This document shows positions 59,874 through 64,000 of a stretch of 64,000 nt of DNA, one piece after another. The notes under the pieces were generated by a model. That model worked only from the letters and a program-made list of their open reading frames with translations, ran no database searches and was not told the DNA's origin. The DNA is from an uncultured Nitrososphaerota archaeon (GTDB taxonomy: Archaea > Thermoproteota > Nitrososphaeria > Nitrososphaerales > Nitrosopumilaceae). Position numbers and translations under genes: made by a program. The stretch covers positions 672,001-736,000 of the forward strand of contig OY969559.1 in the NCBI GenBank assembly GCA_963701075.1, read 5' to 3'. Within the stretch, counting starts at the first letter, position 1, and every line of letters begins with the position of its first letter.

Positions 59874-60887
59874 ATGTCTCAGCATCAAAAAACATTTCAG
59901 CTAACATCCAACTTGAAAATTTGCCGTATTCTAAACGGTATGTGGCAAGTATCAGGAGGTCATGGTCAAGTCAATCCAGAATCTGCTATATCTGATATGT
60001 TCTTGTATCATAATTTCGGTTTTACAACATGGGACATGGCAGACATTTATGGTCCTGCAGAAGAATACATTGGTGAATTTAGAAAAAGACTTGCAAAAAA
60101 TAAAGGAGAGGCAGAACTTGATACCATGCAAGCACTAACAAAATTTGTTCCAAATCCAGGACCAATGACTAGAACCATAGTGGAACACTACATAGACAAG
60201 TCAATTCGTAGAATGAATGTAAAGACAATCGATGTAGTACAATTTCATTGGTGGGACTATAACGATACAAGATATCTTGATGCATTACATCATCTTTCAA
60301 AGATTCGTGATGAGGGAAAAATAAAACATCTCGCGTTGACAAACTTTGATACAGAAAGAATTGAGATCATGATAGAAAATGGATTCAAACTAGTATCAAA
60401 TCAAGTACAATATTCTGTGCTAGATCAGAGACCTGAAGTCAAAATGACTACATTTTGTCAAAAACATGGAATAAAACTATTGACGTATGGAACTCTGCTT
60501 GGTGGACTTTTGTCTGAAAAATATCTAGGTAAACCAGAACCGTCCAGATCTCAGCTTGATACGCCAAGTTTGCAAAAATACAAAAACATGATTGATGCAT
60601 GGGGTAGTTGGAATCTATTTCAGGATCTACTTGTTGTACTTGATGGTATATCCAAGAAACACCATGTTAGTATTGCAAATGTTGCTACAAGATACATCCT
60701 GGATAAACCTGCAGTAGCAGGTGTAATAATTGGAGCAAGATTGGGTATTGCAGAACACAAATCCGATAATGTGAGAGTGTTTGAATTCCAACTAGACAAA
60801 GAGGATAGTGACGCCATAAAATCAATAACATCAAGATCTAACAACCTGTTTGAAAGAATTGGAGACTGTGGCGATGAATATAGATAA
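59874..60887 (+). CDS. Aldo/keto reductase
   Basis: LNGMWQ, DMADIYG, QFHWW and NQVQYSVLD motifs. Confidence 0.92.
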   Translation: MSQHQKTFQLTSNLKICRILNGMWQVSGGHGQVNPESAISDMFLYHNFGFTTWDMADIYGPAEEYIGEFRKRLAKNKGEAELDTMQALTKFVPNPGPMTRTIVEHYIDKSIRRMNVKTIDVVQFHWWDYNDTRYLDALHHLSKIRDEGKIKHLALTNFDTERIEIMIENGFKLVSNQVQYSVLDQRPEVKMTTFCQKHGIKLLTYGTLLGGLLSEKYLGKPEPSRSQLDTPSLQKYKNMIDAWGSWNLFQDLLVVLDGISKKHHVSIANVATRYILDKPAVAGVIIGARLGIAEHKSDNVRVFEFQLDKEDSDAIKSITSRSNNLFERIGDCGDEYR

Positions 60888-60994
60888 ACCATCAAACAAG
60901 AATCAGAGTGTAGACAAATCTAAGATTATTTTCACATAATTTGTTATGATCGTACCTGAGTCAATAAAATCAAAATTAAGATCTGCGACTAACC

Positions 60995-61315
60995 CTATTT
61001 TGTACTAGCTTCACGAACAGCCATTGCATAATCGCAATCTGCTTTAAGCCTCATGTATGGAATGAGTCTGTAATGAATGGAATACAGATCTTTTTCCTTG
61101 TACAATATTCCCTTTAGCAAAAGTGAGACAAATCCACCAGCTATGCGTGATGATGGAATATTTAGCTCCTTGCATACCTCATCACGTTTTTTCTTGTATT
61201 GCTCTAAAGTAAAACTGATATTATTTATTTCAAGAATTAGGGGCCACATGACTTTTTCCCACACTAATCTTCTGTTTTGTGTTGCAGAAGCATATTTCCC
61301 CTTCTGGCTTAACAT
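60995..61315 (-). CDS. Conserved hypothetical protein (winged-helix-like)
   Basis: 106-aa basic ORF divergent from the YkgJ gene. Confidence 0.6.
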   Translation of the reverse strand: MLSQKGKYASATQNRRLVWEKVMWPLILEINNISFTLEQYKKKRDEVCKELNIPSSRIAGGFVSLLLKGILYKEKDLYSIHYRLIPYMRLKADCDYAMAVREASTK

Positions 61316-61353
61316 TGATAACGTTCAAAAGTCTATTCTTAATTTATTGGTTG

Positions 61354-62058
61354 ATGCAACCTAAAATCGAAGAAGCTTCAGAGCTGTTATCAAAAGACTG
61401 GAAGATTGAACCTATAATCCGTGACTTTATTTTGGGTAAAAGAGTTGATGTATCAGATTTTCCGATAAAAGTAAATGATGTGATATTTCACATACCATAT
61501 CTGTCCTCAGATAATGGGTATGTACTTTGGAAATGCTACTGGCCTGAATGTCATAATTGTTGTAACAGACAGGGAAGGCTACCCCTTACCTCAAATGACT
61601 TGATAACGATAAGCAAGAACATGAAGTACAGCAAGGTTTCCGATTTTGTAAAAAATGAAACCAATGTAACCACATGGGAGGAACAAAGCCCTACTGGTAA
61701 TTCAATTGTCATGACTATGATTAACCTTAAACGAAAAAATGATGAAACAGAAGCAGAAGATGGTACTCATATCAAGTGCAGATTCCTAGATCAAAAAGGC
61801 TACTGTGGTTTACATCCATCAAGACCAAGTGTATGCTATCTCTATCCGTTTTCATCATGGCTTGAAAATGAAAAAGGCAGAGCAAGAGTGCATGCAACAT
61901 TTCAATTTACTGGAGATTGTCCAGGATTCTACTTTGCAAAATCAATTGATGAAATGAGAGATATTCTTACAGAATATTCCAAGATTATCTATGATTATAC
62001 GATGAGCTCAAACAGAACTACGCGTGAGAATCTTGGTTATGTAAGTATGGGCTTTTAG
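61354..62058 (+). CDS. YkgJ family cysteine-cluster protein
   Basis: C..ECHNCC, CRFL...CGLHPSRPSVCYLYPF and CPG motifs. Confidence 0.87.
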   Translation: MQPKIEEASELLSKDWKIEPIIRDFILGKRVDVSDFPIKVNDVIFHIPYLSSDNGYVLWKCYWPECHNCCNRQGRLPLTSNDLITISKNMKYSKVSDFVKNETNVTTWEEQSPTGNSIVMTMINLKRKNDETEAEDGTHIKCRFLDQKGYCGLHPSRPSVCYLYPFSSWLENEKGRARVHATFQFTGDCPGFYFAKSIDEMRDILTEYSKIIYDYTMSSNRTTRENLGYVSMGF

Positions 62059-63065
62059 GCTCGAGCTACCTTCATCATGTCAGCCATTCGAATCTCCATT
62101 CCAAATCTCCATTCATTTTTCTTCATGTATCTGTAGATTGATATGAGATCTGAAAAATTCTTTAGTATGCCAAATTTGCTATCCATCTTGCTTCTGACAA
62201 AAGACAACACTCTGGAATATATTGCAAATTTTTCTAACACCTTTTGACGATACTTTTCATTATTTCCAATGTTCTCAACAAATATGTCAGCACATGTCAT
62301 ACTGGGTATAATTCCCTCCCCAAGTAGAGGATAAACGGTACCTATCGATTCTCCAACTCCAACTACCTTACCATGATAAAATGGTTCACACATGTCAGGT
62401 GTGGCAAGTCGAATCGGTCTTCCCACCGTCTTTATAACTTTGCCACCATATTTCTTCAAGAAGGCATTAGTTTCCTCAACATGGTTTCTATTTTTATCGC
62501 CAGCGCCTATGTGTGCAATGTTTTTTCCCAATGGAAAGTACCAGAAATAGCCGCTCATTGATGTGAAAGGCTTGAGATAAAAGTCATCGAAAGGAACACC
62601 ATTCTCATACTGAACTTTGTATTGAAAAGTTGGTAAATGGAAATCCTGAGAAAGTCTTGGGAGATAAGATCTGTGAAAGCCTGTGGAATCTATGATTATG
62701 TCAAACTCTGATTCTAAGTCTGCAATTTTTGGTGCATTTCCGTAATGAATCTTACAATCTTTTGACATGTCTTTTATCAAACCAATTTTATTGTATGTGC
62801 ATAATCCCATCAATTTGATGGTAAATCGTTCGGAGTTGTTCATACTAATGTACATCTTTTTTCCATCGTGGATAAGATAATCATTAAAATCAAGATCACA
62901 TTTTTTTGCAAACTCCTCCATTGGGCCTTTTGTAGTGCCCCATGCACATATGGAATCGTGGTTTTCCTCTGTAGATCTTTCAAAACCAACTACCTCGTGT
63001 TGATTCTTCAATCTTGCAAGAAGATAGGCACCAGCGACCCCTATGCCGACAACAGCTATTTTCAA
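62055..63065 (-). CDS. FAD-dependent oxidoreductase, geranylgeranyl reductase-like
   Basis: GIGVAG, GYFWYFP and VGESIGTVYPLLGEGI motifs. Confidence 0.82.
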   Translation of the reverse strand: MKIAVVGIGVAGAYLLARLKNQHEVVGFERSTEENHDSICAWGTTKGPMEEFAKKCDLDFNDYLIHDGKKMYISMNNSERFTIKLMGLCTYNKIGLIKDMSKDCKIHYGNAPKIADLESEFDIIIDSTGFHRSYLPRLSQDFHLPTFQYKVQYENGVPFDDFYLKPFTSMSGYFWYFPLGKNIAHIGAGDKNRNHVEETNAFLKKYGGKVIKTVGRPIRLATPDMCEPFYHGKVVGVGESIGTVYPLLGEGIIPSMTCADIFVENIGNNEKYRQKVLEKFAIYSRVLSFVRSKMDSKFGILKNFSDLISIYRYMKKNEWRFGMEIRMADMMKVARA

Positions 63066-63118
63066 ACGAGCTTATACCTAAAATTACCTAATAAAAAGAT
63101 GTGGCTGCACAAAGTCGA

Positions 63119-64000
63119 TTATTCTATTAGTATGGCAGGCTTGTATGGTCTTGCAGTCCTAGACTTGTTTTTAGGATCGTATTTGTTTTGATCAGATTCA
63201 GAAAAAACCTGAAGGCCTATACCGTATTCGCTTTTTATCAACGATTCTAATTCCGATAACACCTTTATTTCATCAACAAGACCGACTTTATTTTTAGAAT
63301 CTCTTTCGTCTTGAGGATTGGATAAAATGTCATTGACTGTCTTTTTGACAAAATCAGGATCTTTTTTTATCTCTTCCGTTTCTTTATCTGATATGAGTAA
63401 TTTTATCAAATCTCCAATGTTGATGTCTCCACCTGTGACTCTTTCTAGAATTTTCTGGTAAGCCTTTGCTTTCCATGGAGCAGCTGTGTACATGGTAATC
63501 TTCTTTGGATTCATTTTTGTTACCTTGATTATGTTTTTAATATCACTCAATGTTGTATTGAGAAGAATTTCAGATTGTACCGAAAGCAAATCAATTTTTG
63601 CTTCATCTGGAGTTGGCCAAGAAGATTTTGATACCAAACCTGAATTTCCAAGTCTGGACCACATTTCTTCTGACATGTATGGAGCAAAGGGTGACATCAT
63701 TGCAACCCTTGCAGAAAATATCTCATGCAGAATTCCTGAATAGTCTGTTCTATTTTTTGCCGCAACCCGTCTGAGATACCATTGCAAATCAGAGTCAAAT
63801 TCATATAAAATATGATGAAGAGCTTCCCTTAATCTCATTTTTTGAATCGAGGAAGTTGCTTTAGAAATTAATTGTTGTAAACGGCTTTGAATCCATCTGT
63901 CTTCTTGTGTCAAGACAGTATACTTTGTAGTCTTGTATTTGGTACATTCTTCAAGTATGCTTTCTAGCTTGTTTTTGATCCCTCGTACTGCTTCTTGGTT
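63119..64000 (-). CDS. leuS: Leucine--tRNA ligase, C-terminal part
   Basis: Class Ia anticodon-binding domain (EDRWIQSRL, PFAPYMSEEMW) and the archaeal LeuRS tail YDPKNKS..ARPYKPAILIE. Confidence 0.9.
   Translation of the reverse strand, partial: NQEAVRGIKNKLESILEECTKYKTTKYTVLTQEDRWIQSRLQQLISKATSSIQKMRLREALHHILYEFDSDLQWYLRRVAAKNRTDYSGILHEIFSARVAMMSPFAPYMSEEMWSRLGNSGLVSKSSWPTPDEAKIDLLSVQSEILLNTTLSDIKNIIKVTKMNPKKITMYTAAPWKAKAYQKILERVTGGDINIGDLIKLLISDKETEEIKKDPDFVKKTVNDILSNPQDERDSKNKVGLVDEIKVLSELESLIKSEYGIGLQVFSESDQNKYDPKNKSRTARPYKPAILIE

Noticed and set aside
44756-60900. Classical tRNA-targeted integrative element, provirus or casposon
   Set aside because: I found no duplicated tRNA-Gln fragment and no integrase, Cas1, PolB, capsid or packaging genes. 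The island lies 5' of the tRNA.
314-63743. Numerous short antisense ORFs in the track (e.g. 314-595, 3671-4114, 50294-50740)
   Set aside because: They are shadows of well-supported genes on the opposite strand, with no recognisable motifs.

Overview
This window is from an ammonia-oxidising archaeon (Nitrososphaerota/Thaumarchaeota). The fused RpoA'A'', PEFG-CTERM proteins, type 1 IDI and gene order support this; a Nitrosotalea-like lineage is my inference. Bases 1-44.9 kb and about 59.9-64 kb are mostly core genome: gltX, mevalonate/isoprenoid genes, rps2-eno-rpoN, tRNA-Leu, glmS, rps4/rps13, an AAA+/VWA pair, an S-layer-like protein, iscS-larE-larC/mdh/larB, a Grs-like radical SAM protein, four tandem PEFG-CTERM genes, the rpoH-B-A/rpl30/nusA/rps12/rps7 operon, a two-intron tRNA-Gln and the 3' end of leuS. 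Between tRNA-Gln and about 58.8 kb lies a ~14 kb accessory island with no integrase or transposase. It is bracketed by two homologous ~400-bp non-coding, palindrome-rich elements in inverted orientation. It contains a truncated GNAT toxin with a mini-antitoxin, a 3.3-kb block between 52-bp direct repeats, and a head-to-tail array of secreted proteins sharing a leader and a mobile ~50-aa Cys module. About ten genes, several essential, carry single-base breaks. Nearly all fall on or beside AGCT, which points to methylation-induced base-calling errors rather than pseudogenes. All calls were made by eye; no database searches were run.
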